Source: Protoeuglena noctilucae
Taxonomy: Eukaryota
Reading direction: 5' to 3'
DNA length: 20,000 bases
Assembly: GCA_958009085.1 (NCBI GenBank)
Contig: OY253672.1
Location: 1,599,701 to 1,619,700 of the forward strand
Shown here: positions 1-13,964 of the stretch, piece by piece
Numbering within the stretch: position 1 is the stretch's first letter
Layout of the letters: the number at the start of each line of letters is the position of its first letter
The notes under the pieces: generated by a model
Databases searched by the model: none
Told to the model about the DNA's origin: nothing
The model's input: the letters and a program-made list of their open reading frames with translations, nothing else
Position numbers and translations under genes: made by a program

Positions 1-2
1 TC

Positions 3-3000
3 GATGCGGTCGAGTCGGCGTCATCGGTGTCTCGCATGGCCTCATTCCGAGGCCACGCCCTCCGACCCCGCGCATCCGCCCGCCCCCCCTCCCGCACCGC
101 GTCACTCCCCGCCCTGCGGGACGCTGCAGCGCGCGGACCTGCCGACGCCGACGCCGCCCCTTCCGCCGCCCCGCCCGTCGCTCCCCGCCCCTCCAGCCGC
201 GGCCACACCAGCGCCCTCCACTCCTCCGCTAACCCCGCCAACCCCGCCTGCCGACCCCCGCGCGGCGCTGCCAGTGCTGCCCCGCTGCCAGAGGCGCCCA
301 CCGTCGAGAACTCCCCGCTCAAAGCCGCCGCGACAGGCACTGCGAGTGCGACTGCCACTGCGAGTGCTACTGCCACTACCACACGCGGCCCCCTTCCCTT
401 AGGTGAGTCGCCTTACGCCATGCCATGCCACTCATGCCCTATGCCACTCACCCTCACCCTCACTCCTAGCCTCTGCCCTCACTCCCCGCCACTCCTTTCA
501 CAAGCACTCTCTATTACTCTTAATCACTCTCACTCCCTTACTGTTACTACCCCAGACTCGCTCCTGGGACCCCCGGACGCCTCTGCCAAGGCCCCGTCCT
601 CTTCTCTCCACCCTGCCGGCGCGTCGAGCGTGGTGGTGGTCACGCGCCCAACCCCGCCCCCAAGTGCCTCCCCCGACCTCGTCCGCGGTCTGTGGGAGTC
701 GCTGGGACTTGCCACCCCCGCCACGCCGCGCGAGAGGGACTGCACCATCGACGACCTGCCCACCGAGGTGAGACGGGACTCTTGTTCTAAATAGCCAAGC
801 ACTCTCTGTTAACGGCACCATCGACGACCTGCCCACCGAGGTGAGACTGGTGCTCTTGTTAGCAAGGGCCACTCTTTGTTATTAATGGCTAAGCACTCTC
901 TGTTAGCAATGACCGATCACTGAAGCTGAGTGGTGAGACCGGAGGTGTGAGAGCCATTTACTGTCATGTGTAATTCCCTTTCCCTGTCACCCCTTCTCCC
1001 TGTTACGCCCACTCCATCACCCCCTCTCCCCTCTCCCCCCCCCAGATCCTTGAAACCATCTTCTGGGCAGCAACCCCACTTGTTACGCACCCCATCAACC
1101 CCACTCTTATCACATCACACCCCCTCTCCCTCTCCCCTCTCCTCACAGATCCTCGAAACCATCTTCCAGCAGCTCCCCGCCCCCGACCTGGCCCGATGCG
1201 CCCTGGTCTGCCGCACCTGGCGAGCCCTGTCCGAGACATCCTTCCTGTGGCGGGGCATCACGGGCATCTCCGAGGATGACTTGAGAGCCGCAGCCGTGCC
1301 ACCCGGGGGTTTCTCCCCAGACGCACTGCCCCCCGAGACGGCGCGAGTGCTGCGGTGGGTGCGCGTGCACGGCGTCGATTTGGCCGACGCCGCCCGCGCG
1401 TTCCGGGCCATGGCTTCCCCCAAGCCCAGCATCCTGAAGGCGCTCCACGCCGCCCGCGCGCGCGTGGCCAACAACTGGCGGCTGGGCCGATTCCGCGCCC
1501 GCTCGGTGGCCCAACATCAGGGGACGGTGGAGGTGGTGCGGCTGGTGGAGACGCGCGCGCTGGGGGACGTGGTGGTGAGCGGGGGATGGGACGGGAAGGT
1601 GCTGTTGGTGTCGAGGGAATCGGGGCGCGTCCTCCGCACCTACTCTGCGCACGAGGGGTGGATCACGTGCATGGCGGTGGGGAGGGCGGTGATGGCGTCC
1701 GGGTCCACGGGAGGGTCTGTGCGGATATGGGATTTGGGAGTGCCCGGCATGCCCATCGCCATCATGCAGTACCTGCACACCGGTGAGCGGGTGTGGTGGT
1801 GATGGTTGATGGGCGCTGCTAACTGTGAGCGCTGCCACTACGCAACCTAGCTGCCACCCATGCACACTGCCACCCATGCACCCTGTGTCTGCCCCTTCGC
1901 ACCGGACCCTTCCATGCCGGTCACCCCCTCTAGTGTCGTCCATAGCCATCCCCTTGCACCACATTCTCACCACTCTCACTCCCCCTTCTCACCCCCAGTG
2001 TCATCCATGACATTCATCGGCGACAGCGAGCGTTACCTGGCCATTGGTTTGGTAGATGGTCGCGTGCATGTCTGGGACGTCAGGGACGGGGTGCTGGTGC
2101 GGGTGCTGAGGGGACACACCCAAGTGCCGTGGTTCCTCCACGCACTGCGACTCATGCCGGCCGCACAGCCACAAGCGACAAAGGCAACCAACGCACCGCC
2201 ACCCGCACCCGCCTATCCCGGCCACCGCGACCTGTTCGGCAGGCTGGGCGGGCCGAGGGAGGGTGACGCGGAGGCAACGCGGCTCCCGGACGCAGCGCTG
2301 GTCACCGGGGGCCGCGACGGCGCGCTGCGGCTGTGGAGCCTGGGGGGTTCTCGCCCGGACCCCCCCGCACGGTCCCAGGTGCAGATCATATCGGACGCGG
2401 GGGGTGCGGGGGTGGTGAGAAAGGCGCTGTGCGTGCGGCGGGCGCACCGGGGTGCCGTGCTTGCGGTGGAGCCGCTCAATTTGGCCGACGTGACTGACGC
2501 CGATGGGTGGGTGGAGCTGGCGACCGCGCATGTGAGGGAGGCGGTCGGGAGGGGCCTGGCGCGCAACGCGGCGAAGAGAGAGGCGGAGCGGAGAGCAAGG
2601 GAGGCGGGGGCGGGGGCAGCGGGTGTGGCGGGGCCAGCTGGGGCAGCGGGGGCAGCAGGGGTGGAGGGGCAGGGGCACGGGCAGGGAGCGGCAGCAGGTG
2701 CGGGAGAGGGTGCGGGTGGTGGTGGTGAGGAGGGTGGTGAGGAGGGGTGGCAGTCGGGGCGCGAGGTGTGGGGTGACGGCGCTCCCTTCCCCCCCGGTCG
2801 CCTTCCTGAGGGCGTGGTGGCGAGCGGTGGCAGTGACAGCGTGGTCAAGCTCTGGGACATGCAGACGTGGGAGTGCGTGGCGGAGATGCGGGGCCACCGC
2901 CACGGGTGCCTGTCGCTGGCATTCTCACTGCCGCAGAGACCACAGGTGAGGGGTGGGTTAGGGTGCATGGGTGGATGGCGATGCATTGGTGGATGGCGAT

Positions 3001-3759
3001 GCATGGGTGGATGGCGATGCATGGGTGGATGGCGATGCATATGTGGATGGCAATGGTTGGCGAGGGGTCACCGGGTGTGGCTTCCCCATCGCTCGTATTT
3101 GCCACTCACACCCGACAGCCGCTGTCACTCTGAATGGTGTGATCTCTCCCTCTCCCGTCAACAGCTGCAGCGAGTCTAACCATTGCACTTACAATTGCAA
3201 ACCCTAACCCCACATCACAACCCATCCCCGCTCTTCTCCGCAGACGAGCGCCCCTTTGTCGTTCGGGTCTCGCCCCCCCACGTCCGCCAGGGGCGCCCTG
3301 TGGCTGCTGAGCGGCAGCCAGGATCACGAGACGCGCATTTGGGAGGTTTCCAGCGCCCAATGCCTAACAGTACTATCACACCACTGTGCGCCCGTCACCG
3401 CGCTGCAGTGCCACGGGGCGCAGCTGGCCACGCTTGCGGCGGGGGATGGGCTGGCGGCGTTTATCAGGGCGCCCTTCGATCCGTCGCTGCACGAGGGGCC
3501 GGGTGCGGCAGAGAGTGAGGGGGGGCGGGGGAGGGGCAGGGGCACGCTGGGTGTGCGGGCGGAGGTGGCGAGGGCGAGGGGCGTGCCGGCGGGGGAGGGG
3601 GAGAGCGTGGGGTTGCCGGGCATGGGGCTGGAGCAGGTGTTGAGTCTGCTGGACGGCGCTGGGGTGTCGTTCGCGGCTTCCCTGGCTATGGACAGGAAGG
3701 GACTCGCGCTGGGGACGCAAGTGGGGGAGCTGTGTCTGTACGATTTCGCGGCCGCGTGA
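3..3759 (+). CDS. F-box/WD40-repeat protein (SCF substrate receptor type); 5' end possibly outside window. Exons 3-402, 556-767, 1149-1782, 1999-2945, 3244-3759
   Basis: Spliced F-box TIDDLPTE|ILETIFQQLPAPDLARCALVCRTWR. Multiple WD40 repeats (VVSGGWDGKVLL, AHEGWITCM..ASGSTGGSVRIWD, LVTGGRDGALRLWS, VASGGSDSVVKLWD, LLSGSQDHETRIWE). Four GT-AG introns with compatible phases. Frame is open from base 3; first ATG at 36. Confidence 0.88.
742..905 (+). repeat. Imperfect tandem duplication containing exon end and 5' splice site
   Basis: gcaccatcgacgacctgcccaccgaggtgagac occurs at 742-774 and 815-847; aagcactctctgtta follows in both copies. Confidence 0.9.
1021..1166 (+). repeat. Duplication of 3' splice site and exon start
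   Basis: Pyrimidine tract plus cag|atcctYgaaaccatcttc occurs twice, with CAG at 1043-1045 and 1146-1148. Confidence 0.9.
2965..3053 (+). repeat. Intronic 18-bp minisatellite (gcatgggtggatggcgat), about 5 copies
   Basis: Directly visible; it produces the spurious CMGGWR and MHRHPP ORF repeats. Confidence 0.9.
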
Positions 3760-3849
3760 CAGGGGGGCATGGAATGGGGTGACGAGGAGTGGAAGTGGGG
3801 GAGCTCTGTGTTTATGACTTCGCAGTTGCTTGACGGGGGGGGGGGGCAT
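3719..3849 (+). repeat. Diverged tandem copy of the last 13 codons of the F-box/WD40 gene
   Basis: VGELCLYDFAAA* at 3721-3759 versus VGELCVYDFAVA* at 3795-3833. Confidence 0.85.
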
Positions 3850-4376
3850 TATGAGTGGTGACGGAGGGACATGGGATGGGGTGACATGGGGATGGAGCGC
3901 ATGAGGGCGTGCGTCGTGAGCGGTGGCGCATGAGTAGAGCTGCGTCTTTGAGGAGAGGTAGGCCGAGTGTCTGAGCGTGGCTGTGCCTTAACCCAATGCC
4001 TTAACCCACACATCTAGTGGTGTGCTTGCGTTTCAACTAGATAAGTTTGAAGGAACCTCAGGGAACGCATTAGCTCGGGCAGTATGTGCTTGCAACTTTT
4101 TGCAACGTCGCGCGGCAGTGGGCACCGAGGGAGGGATTGGGCCTCCCCCCATCGGTGGGCAGAGGGCGCAGAGGGGCGCAGTCGACAGGCGGGAGTGCCG
4201 TCGCGGTTGCTAGGGAAAGGCAGTCGCGGTTTCTAGGGAAAGGGGCGGCAGGGTGGCAGGGGTGGCAGGGGTGGCATCGGCATCGCTGCTGCCGACGCGG
4301 GGACCGGGCGGGGGGTGCGGCGGGGCGTGCATGCGAGTGCACATCCCGTCGGGAGAGGAGGGGCGGCTCGGCTAGG

Positions 4377-4482
4377 GAAAGGGATCGGGATGTGGGAACC
4401 GGCAGCTATGCAGGGTTTGCAAGGGGGGTAGGAAGCAGGCACAGCTGACCGAGAAAGGGATTGGGATGTGGGAACCGGCAGC
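4377..4482 (+). repeat. 30-bp direct repeat, 76 nt offset, in intergenic/UTR DNA
   Basis: gaaagggatYgggatgtgggaaccggcagc at 4377-4406 and 4453-4482. Confidence 0.85.
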
Positions 4483-5039
4483 GCAGTATGCAGGTGGTTT
4501 GCGAGGGGCCAGTGGAGGGGAAGGGACGACGGCGGCTGCGACCCCCCCACTGGCGGCGAGGCTGGCGAGACTGGCACTGGATTGGAACAAAACTGGCACG
4601 GGTGCGGGACGGGCGGCACAAACGTGACATGCGATGGGATGGGACGGGATGCGCTGCAGCGGCGCTCTGCAGCCGGCGGGTTGCCGGGAAGGGGGATGCA
4701 CCGGGGGTGGAGGGCGGCGCAGCGCTACTCCCTCGCTAGCGCTGGCAGAGGGAGTCTGGGGTGGCTGGGCCTGGGCTGGAGTCGCGGAGAGGCCGGGACA
4801 AGAGGCGGGGTATGGCAGGTCAAAAGGCAGGCAGTGGCGTGGTGGGCCGTCACATGAACAGACAACGGTAGATGCGGTGGGGGTGCAGGCGGCTGCCTGG
4901 CCGCTGAAGGGTTCGCAGTGCAGCGGCGGTGGCGACGGTGTGGGAGTGAGGCGTGGAGAACGTAAGGCGAGTGTCGCGGCACGGCATTGCAGCGCGAGCG
5001 TTGCAGCGAGCGGGAGTGTTGCAGCGCGGGTGTCTCGCG

Positions 5040-8000
5040 TCACGCCGGCCCGCACACGGCGGGCAGGAGTGCGATGAGTTGGTCTCGCACATCCGTCATG
5101 GACGGTCGCTTCTTGCGGTCTGCGCAGAGGCACTGACTGTAGAGGACGCAGAGGGGCAGGGAGGGGACGGGGAGGGGGGGGATCTGGGGGAGGGGAGAGA
5201 GGTGGGGGGGCGTGGTGGGTGATGGGTGCTGAAGCCATGAATGAGTGAGGCACAGCATTGCATCATAACTGCTGTGACGATGAGGGGAGAGGTGCAGGGT
5301 GGTGGTCAGAGAGTGCAGGGCGCACCAAACAGCCGAGAGTGAGGCAACGCCTTGCATCCGGACTGCAGTGTCACCCCATAGCCATCGCGACCGCAGTGCC
5401 ACCCCATCGCATGTGACCTGCAGTGGCAGTCTCAACCTCACCTCCCCCCTCCGCTTCGAGTCGAGGATGGCCGGCAGCGTCATGGCGTCGTATGCCCCCC
5501 TCCCCGCGACCATGTGGAAGAGCAGCAGACCCAGGGCATAGACATCCGCAGCAGGCGACAAATACGCGTGCTCGTCTGTCACACACTCGGGGGGCATCAC
5601 GGCCTGGGGAGAGGTGGGAGGAGGGGTGTGTTAGTGATAAAGAACATAATGGGGTCAATTGGTGATAAATCACAAATAAAGAACATAGAGAGGTGCATGG
5701 CGAATCATGGTGCATGGGTCATGGTGCACAGTGCATGGGTCATGGGTCACGCATGTAAGCATGGGTCATGATGCATGGTTGAAGCCATCTGAGTGGTGCA
5801 TGCGTCTCACCATGGTCCCGCGGGTGGTGAGTGGCGCTGCCCTGCATGGCGCGTGACACAGAGAAGTCAACGATCTTCGCCAGGAAGGCCTTGCCGGCGC
5901 GATTAGCGTAGGGAGACACCGCGCGCCTGCGTCCCTCCCACGCGTCCCGCTCGGCGCCCTCAGAGCCGAAGCACTGCCCGCCCAGCAACTCGCGCTCTGA
6001 GGGAAGAGTGGGGAGGTACGAGGGGTGGTGAGACGGCGGGGATGCGGTGCAATTGGGTTGCATGGGAGTGGCGTGGGTGCTGGTGTGCGGTCACAACATA
6101 GCATGGGTGTGGGTGTGAGTGTGGGCGTAGGCATGTGTGTGTGTGTGGGTATGAGCATGCAAGTGCGTGTGTCTCTGTCCCTCACCCGTGTGTGAGTGCT
6201 TGGCGTGGGAGCACAGCATGATGTTGCTGGCCTTGATGTCGCAGTGGACGACGTTGCGAGAGTGTAGGTAGGCCGCGCCCTCCGCCACGTCAATCTGCAA
6301 CCATGGTGCCAGATGACGGTGGCAAACGACCACGGGTCATGACCGTGGCAGATGACGGTGGCAGTCACGTGGTGAGGGCGCAGCACAGCATGGCAAATGA
6401 CGGTGGCAATGGGCGGGCGATGGACGGGATGTCACGCGGGGGGTGCCATACAGCACAGCTTGGCAATAACAAGTCAGCATCTCTCTCCCCATGCCCATTC
6501 ACGCACTCACCAGCGTCAGCATCACCAGGGGCAGGTCAGCCTCCCACGTCCCGTCCTCCCGGCGCGTGTGGAAGGAGGGGCCACCCTCCCCAGACAGACA
6601 CTCACGCAGGTCGCCCATGTCACTGCGAGGTGGGGAGGCGGTGGCGTGAATGAGCTATCGGGATGGGCCAATCACTCACGCAGGTCGCCCATGTCACTGC
6701 GAGACAGGGACCTGACGGTCACGGATGCAATGGCATGAGATGAGAGGCAATTGGAACAGGCAGTGGGTATTTTTCACACAACACAACCTCGCAAGCCCTC
6801 TTCCGCTCACCACAGCTCCATGGCCATGCACACGTGACCCCGCGTCGGCCCCCTCCCTCCACCGCCCCCCGCCAGCCACGCCAATCGACTCGACGTGGTT
6901 GAGGCTTCCCCATCACCGCGAACCGACTCGCGGCCCCAAGGCCCAGCCGACCGCCCCGTCCCAGTCAAACTCTGGCTACGGCTCTGACTGTGGCTATGGC
7001 TCTGGCTCTGGCTGCCCTCCCCGCCCCTCGCTGCGGTCGTGGACCCTCCACGAGTGCTCCCCACCCCCCGCTGGCTGCTCTCCCGGCTGCCCATCTTCCG
7101 GCTGCCCGTTTCCCGGCTGCCCGTCTCGTTCACCGTCTCTGACCCCACCGACGCGTGACGCGACAACACCATGCTCGGCTTGCGGTCCTCAGGGGCCATC
7201 ACAGTCTCTGCGGCCATTACAACACATCACATCACAGTCCAGTCTCACACAGCACAGTGTGACGGGCACACACAGCACAGCCCACACCCACCCACACACC
7301 CACACACACGCCACAGTCCACCCAAACACAACCCCCGCCCCTGCCGCGCCCCGCCCCCGCTCACCGACGCTCTTCCCCGGCGCCACCGCACGCCGCCGCA
7401 TCCCCAGCAGACCCGGCAGCCGCAGCGTCCCCCACACCCCCCCCCCCATCTTGGCATCCATCACCTCCTCCAACACGTGAGCCGCTGCATCACCCTCATC
7501 CGCCACCCCATCGGCACCCGTCGACGCAGCGCGCCCTAAGGACCCCGGGCCGTGGCCAGTGGCGGAGGCCTGGGAGGGTGCGAGGCTGCCAGCGCTGGCC
7601 GTGGCGCAGGACGCCGTCGGCGCCTTCAGATCCGGTCGCCGGGGGGTGCGCGTGACGAACACCAGCAGCAGCCGCGCCAGGTTGGGATGGGCCAAGTCCA
7701 TCGACGCGGCGAAGTCCACCTCCCCCAGCGCCCCGCACTGCCGGCGACGATCCTGTGAGGGAGAGATGAGGCGCGTGACAAAGCGTGTACGATGATTAAG
7801 CATGCTTGCAGCTGAGCGGCTCATCGCGGCAGATCAGCCACTGCGACCCTAGCTCCCCAGGCGCCAGCCACTGCGGCCCGCCATGCGCCATTGCCCACCT
7901 CATCGACGCGCGCCCCCAGCTGCAGGACGCCCAGGGTGCCCCTCGGGACCCTCCCCCTCGGCCACACGGCGCTGGGCCTGTCTGGGTCCGCCAGCAGCGG

Positions 8001-9265
8001 CGCCACGTCCGCCATCGCCACCGGCTCACGGAACACCTTGACCGCCACCTCATGGCCGTCCACCGTGGCACGGTACACCTCGCCGAAGGACCCTTTGCCC
8101 AGGGAGGCGTGGAAGGAAAGCTGCGGGGGCGGAGGGAGGCGGCGCGGGTGAGTTGGTGCCCAACGCCAGTGCCACAGCTGCGTCCTGCCTCCATCTCAAT
8201 CTAGAGCAGCCAAGCAATGCTGTCCCTGCCCCGCCTCGCCTTCCACCGCCGCGGCCGGGCCAGGTCCCATGGATCTCCGCCGAGCGCCCAGAGCGCCACC
8301 CCCACAGCCAGCGCCGTGGCCACCAGGCACCCCACCGCCAGCGCCGCCGTGCCCCAGCCGCCCCCCGGCTGGCTCCACTTCGCCGTGCCGTCCCACGTTA
8401 GGGCGAAGGCGTGGACGCGCGCGAGGTGCTTGGGGTCCGCGACCGGTGGCCCGTGCCTCACCAAGTCCCCCGAGGGGTCGCAGGTGAGGGTCACGTCCAC
8501 CAGCCGCGCGGGCCCTGGCATGGCTAGCACCGCCGTGTCACGGATGTGGAACTCTCGCACCTCGGAGGCGCGGATGTGGAGATCGGAGAAGTCGCCGCGC
8601 GGCGCCGCCTGCAGCATGGTGCTGAAGCCAGGCACGGCGCGCGCCTCTCGCAGGAACGTGCAGGGTGAGACAACACGGACGTTGATGAGCATCAGGGCGG
8701 GGTCGTCGGGGTTGCGCGCGCGGTTGAGCCAGGAGAGGTCTTCGACGCCGTAGTCCAGGGGCATGGAGAGCACGACGTTGTAGAGCAGCAGCCCGGGCGT
8801 CAGGCGCATGGGCGGAAGGTCCACCCTGTCCAGCACCGCGCTGGAACCCGCCGACCCCACCGTCAGCAGGCCGGACGGGTGGGATCGAAGGGCGGCGCCG
8901 GTCATGCGGAAGCAGTCGCAGGTCTCGGGGCAGTCGATGCGACCGGAGAAGACGACGTGAGCGGCGCGGTCCCCCAGGCACGCCACGTCGTGCGCACCGC
9001 CCAGGTCGCCGCAGGGAGCCAGTGCCGGCGGGGAGCCCTCCGTTGAAGGGACGCCGGCGAAGAGCGCTGGGCAACGGGTGGCGGCCTGGCAGACACGGGC
9101 AGGGCGGGGAGGCTCGCGCGACGCTGCAGCCGCTGAGGCGGGCGCCCTGGCGAGCGCAGCAGGGGCGGCGCGCGGAAGATCCTAACTCACCTCGTGAGCC
9201 ATCGCCTGGCCCGCGACGCCGACCAGCGCGGCCAAGGCGCCGAGGAGAAGCTTGGAGGCGTGCAT
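5040..9265 (-). CDS. Receptor-like TKL-group protein kinase: signal peptide, ectodomain, TM helix, kinase domain; one apparent frameshift near 5830. Exons 9265-9191, 9085-8240, 8120-7899, 7752-7365, 7207-6811, 6622-6511, 6294-6186, 5996-5811, 5603-5442, 5183-5040
   Basis: Signal-like MHASKLLLGALAALVGVAGQAMA and TM AALAVGCLVATALAVGVALWAL. Kinase motifs LGKGSFGEVY, VAVK, HPNLARL, MELCDMGDL, YLHSRNVVHCDIKASNIML, AKIVDFS, GTM|AVMPPE, ADVYALG and RPSM. Confidence 0.82.
6599..6703 (-). repeat. 31-bp duplication of kinase 3' splice site and exon start
   Basis: cactcacgcaggtcgcccatgtcactgcgag at 6599-6629 and 6673-6703. Confidence 0.9.
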
Positions 9266-9851
9266 CGGGCCTGGTCGAGGCCCAGGGCCGCGCCTGCGGC
9301 GCACATTGCGAGAACACGTGGATAAATGGACATGTTATCCATCAGGTGAGGATGACGGGCGCCTCCGTGGGCCAACGTGCCAAAGGCGCCGCGTTACAGT
9401 TGATTTGGCACACGGCGAGGCCTTGCCGGCCCCAAGGAGCGCGAACCCCACGCGCGCAGGGTCACCTCAGTTCCATACTCCCGTCAAAGAAGGACAGACG
9501 CGGTTTGGGCTCTCACCGGGTCCGCTGGCGGGGAGGTGGCGGGGCGGTGGGCCGCCGCGGTGGCCGCAAGGAGCTCAAGGTGCAGTCCTTCGTACGTGGC
9601 TCGCAGTGAATACGAAGAAAGGAGCAAAATCACCCATGCACGCGGCACGGCAGGGGCGCAGAGCGGTTTCAGAGTGCTCCACCGGCTTCGACATCGGCCC
9701 GGAGCGCGGGGGCCGCGCTCGCAGATCCGCCGGAAAGAAGCGGGTGTAGGCCGCGAATTGCGGGCGCTAGATCATGATGCCCGACAGCGCCTTCAGCCGC
9801 AGCGCGCGCCAGTCCGACACAAGAAACGGTCGCAGGAGAGTAGTCATCGTT

Positions 9852-11250
9852 TTACTTGTTGATGAGATGCATGTGCTTGTCGCGGATGATGTCCCCCAGC
9901 TGCAGCTCCTCCGTGTCCCCGGTCATGTACATGATGTGCGCGGTCATAGACGCCGCGTTGATGTCCTGGATCTCGATAAGGTACCAGTACCCGTCGTCCG
10001 GCCAGTACAGCTCCGCCAGTCTGCCCCTGCAGCGTCGGGGAGGGCGGGGCGGGCCTCTTGCAGCTCCCCAGTTTCATCCCAGCCCAGCTGATGAGCCCAG
10101 CTGACTCTGGGCACTCGCCTGAGCTGCGTGCCGACGTCGCTGTACTCCAGGAAGCGGCCCTTGGTCTGCAGGTGGGCCGACGCCTGCCGCAGGTCCGGGG
10201 GCGGCGGGTTGATGAAGGCAGGCTGTGGGAGGGGCGCGGGCGGGTCCACCGCCATGGACGTGTCGCCCCCAAGGGCCTCAGGGACCTCCGCGTGCATGCT
10301 GGCCATCGAGTGCTGCTTGGGCACGGGGCGGTGGGTCCTGGGGGGCCTCTGGAGCTCCGGAACGGGGAGGTCGTTCGACACGGGAGGGCCGAAGTCCGGC
10401 GCCGACTGCGGGGGGTTCGAGGGGCACCGCAGAGGCTCAGACACCGTCACCAATGTCGTCAACATCGCCAGGCCACCAAGGGCACGTGCCTGGGCGCGGA
10501 GCCCCTCTTGCTAAGCTCTAAGCACCTGGATGGTCTCGATCCTCGGTGCCTTGCCCGCGCGCCCCGACAGCGGCGCTTCCCGCGGCGTAAACCCCGGCAG
10601 ATCATCGAAGTCCTCGAGTCCCGGCTGCTCCAGCGCCCTGAGTTCGTCGTCGAATGCGTTCAAATCCTTGTCCACGCGCTCCAGGTAGTGCTCCACCAGC
10701 TCGTATGCGTTGAGGGCCACCTGCACCCGCTCCTCGGCCCAGCTCAGCAGCAGAGCGTGGTCCCGCTCGATCTCGTCCAGCAGCGCCTTGGTCTCCGCGT
10801 GGGCCTCGCGGCCGTGCAGGGACGGCTGCTGCTGCGCGCGGAGCACCTGTGAACGCAAGCAAAGGGTGGCTTATCAATTCAATCTCGCGTTGGCGACTGC
10901 GCCGGGTCTTGTAACGACACGGTCTCCCGCACCTTGGCCTCGACATCCCGCTTGAGCTGCTCGCTCTTCATGTCGAGCATGCGTATTAACGCCAGCAGCC
11001 GCTGCAGCTCGCTCGGGAAGGGCTGGGTGTCTGCAGGGACGAAATCGACACTCGTTGCACGGGGTATGGCGAGGGCAGAGGCCGCCCGCGCGATCGCATA
11101 CTCTCCAGCGCCTTAAATGGGGACGCGCTTGCTTCTGCAAACCGAAACGCGCGCGATGTCCCGCCCGCGGGCGGCCAGTGTGGTACGTTGGGGCCACTCA
11201 CACTCAATGACGGACTCCAGGTAGATCACATTGGCGCTGCTCTGCACCAT
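9852..11250 (-). CDS. ING (inhibitor of growth) family protein with C-terminal Tudor/Agenet-like domain. Exons 11250-11202, 11030-10933, 10846-10526, 10405-10119, 10026-9852
   Basis: Spliced N-terminus YLESVIEYTQPFPSELQRLLALIRMLD and EERVQVALNAYELVEHYLERVDKDLNAF match the ING coiled-coil domain. C-terminus is LRGRLAELYWPDDGYWYLIEIQDINAASMTAHIMYMTGDTEELQL. Confidence 0.82.

Positions 11251-13964
<2,714 letters not shown>

Noticed and set aside
2965..3053. CRISPR-like array
   Set aside because: Head-to-tail minisatellite without spacers, in a eukaryotic intron, with no cas genes.
2955..3212. Isolated GGGTTAGGG / AAACCCTAAC motifs (also near 17046 and 18901) as interstitial telomeres
   Set aside because: Only 1-1.5 units each; those near intron 3' ends fit the CTAAC branch point.
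11102..11134. Cassette exon inside ING intron 1
   Set aside because: Joining it to exon 1 creates an immediate TAA, while the direct splice gives the conserved YLExxxEY..PSELQR.
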